IMG/VR virus record: IMGVR_UViG_3300034357_000407
Location: 1 to 52,799 of that record
Strand: one strand, 5' to 3'
Origin: a virus
Lineage: Duplodnaviria > Caudoviricetes
Length of the DNA stretch: 52,799 bases
Both the position numbers and the translations under genes were made by a program. The notes under the pieces were generated by a model. The model ran no database searches and had not been told where the DNA came from. It saw only the letters and a list, made by a program, of their open reading frames with translations. This document shows positions 52,512 to 52,799 of this stretch, piece by piece; position 1 is the stretch's first letter; each line of letters starts with the position of its first letter.

Positions 52512-52576
52512 TATCGAAACGGTTACTTTGTAGCCGTCATACAATAGCCTTTAAATTGTATCTGAAGAGTTAGGCA
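52512..52576 (+). ncRNA. Type II hammerhead ribozyme
   Basis: C-GAAA(52516-19); stem III CGGTTAC-TTT-GTAGCCG; GTC cleavage triplet (52536-38); stem I ATACAAT/ATTGTAT; CTGAAGA (52562-68)-G; loop I GCCT can pair with 3' AGGC. Confidence 0.85.
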
Positions 52577-52799
52577 CGTTCATAGTAATACAAAAACTGT
52601 TTTTTAAAATTTAGTTTTATTAGTGCCTTGTTGCCTTATAAAATGCAAAAAATTTTATTAGTACTTACAAATGTAGTACGCAAAAAACATATTACAGACA
52701 TATTGATAATGACTATAAATTAAAACCCGTGAGTCAAACGGAGGCTTGAATATAATTAAGGGACTTTTGTATGTATACGTTTATGTATATAGTGCAAGG

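Noticed and set aside
1-52799. Alternative genetic code (TAG/TGA recoding as in some crAss-like phages)
   Set aside because: Long genes are intact in code 11, and TAG and TGA serve as real stops at tight gene junctions (e.g. 3258, 5312, 45697)
1-52799. Prophage or temperate status, DGR, or anti-CRISPR locus
   Set aside because: No integrase, att site, flanking host genes, reverse transcriptase or TR/VR pair is recognisable in this window; lifestyle cannot be decided from it

Overview
This AT-rich window is most of the genome of a tailed dsDNA phage, probably podovirus-like. It likely infects Bacteroidetes (Flavobacteria-like): about 14 TAnnTTTG -7 promoter elements occur and the A/T-rich leaders show no obvious Shine-Dalgarno sequence. 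Positions 1-12211 (+) hold replication and nucleotide-metabolism genes: a lambda-O-like initiator with internal iterons, a T7 gp4-type primase-helicase, nucleases, phosphoesterases and MazG-like enzymes. A small non-coding RNA cluster lies at about 1547-1980. Positions 12249-51129 (mostly -) hold the virion and lysis module: a 2716-aa internal/ejection protein, tail and ring proteins, major capsid, scaffold, portal, terminase, fibres, endolysin and holins. This module also has two GIY-YIG homing endonucleases and a + strand groEL-groES pair. A non-coding block (about 51130-51953) precedes a probable early gene. Highlights not shown in the ORF track: (1) the giant gene appears multiply overprinted, with an A10 slippery tract opening a -1-frame aromatic tail and two nested +1-frame lysine-rich micro-ORFs; (2) a type II hammerhead ribozyme at 52512-52576; (3) a tRNA-shaped RNA whose anticodon loop is replaced by a GNRA tetraloop, next to other structured RNAs; (4) a tandem two-domain GroES-like protein beside the terminase, in addition to canonical GroEL/GroES. 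All family assignments come from motif recognition by eye; no searches were run.
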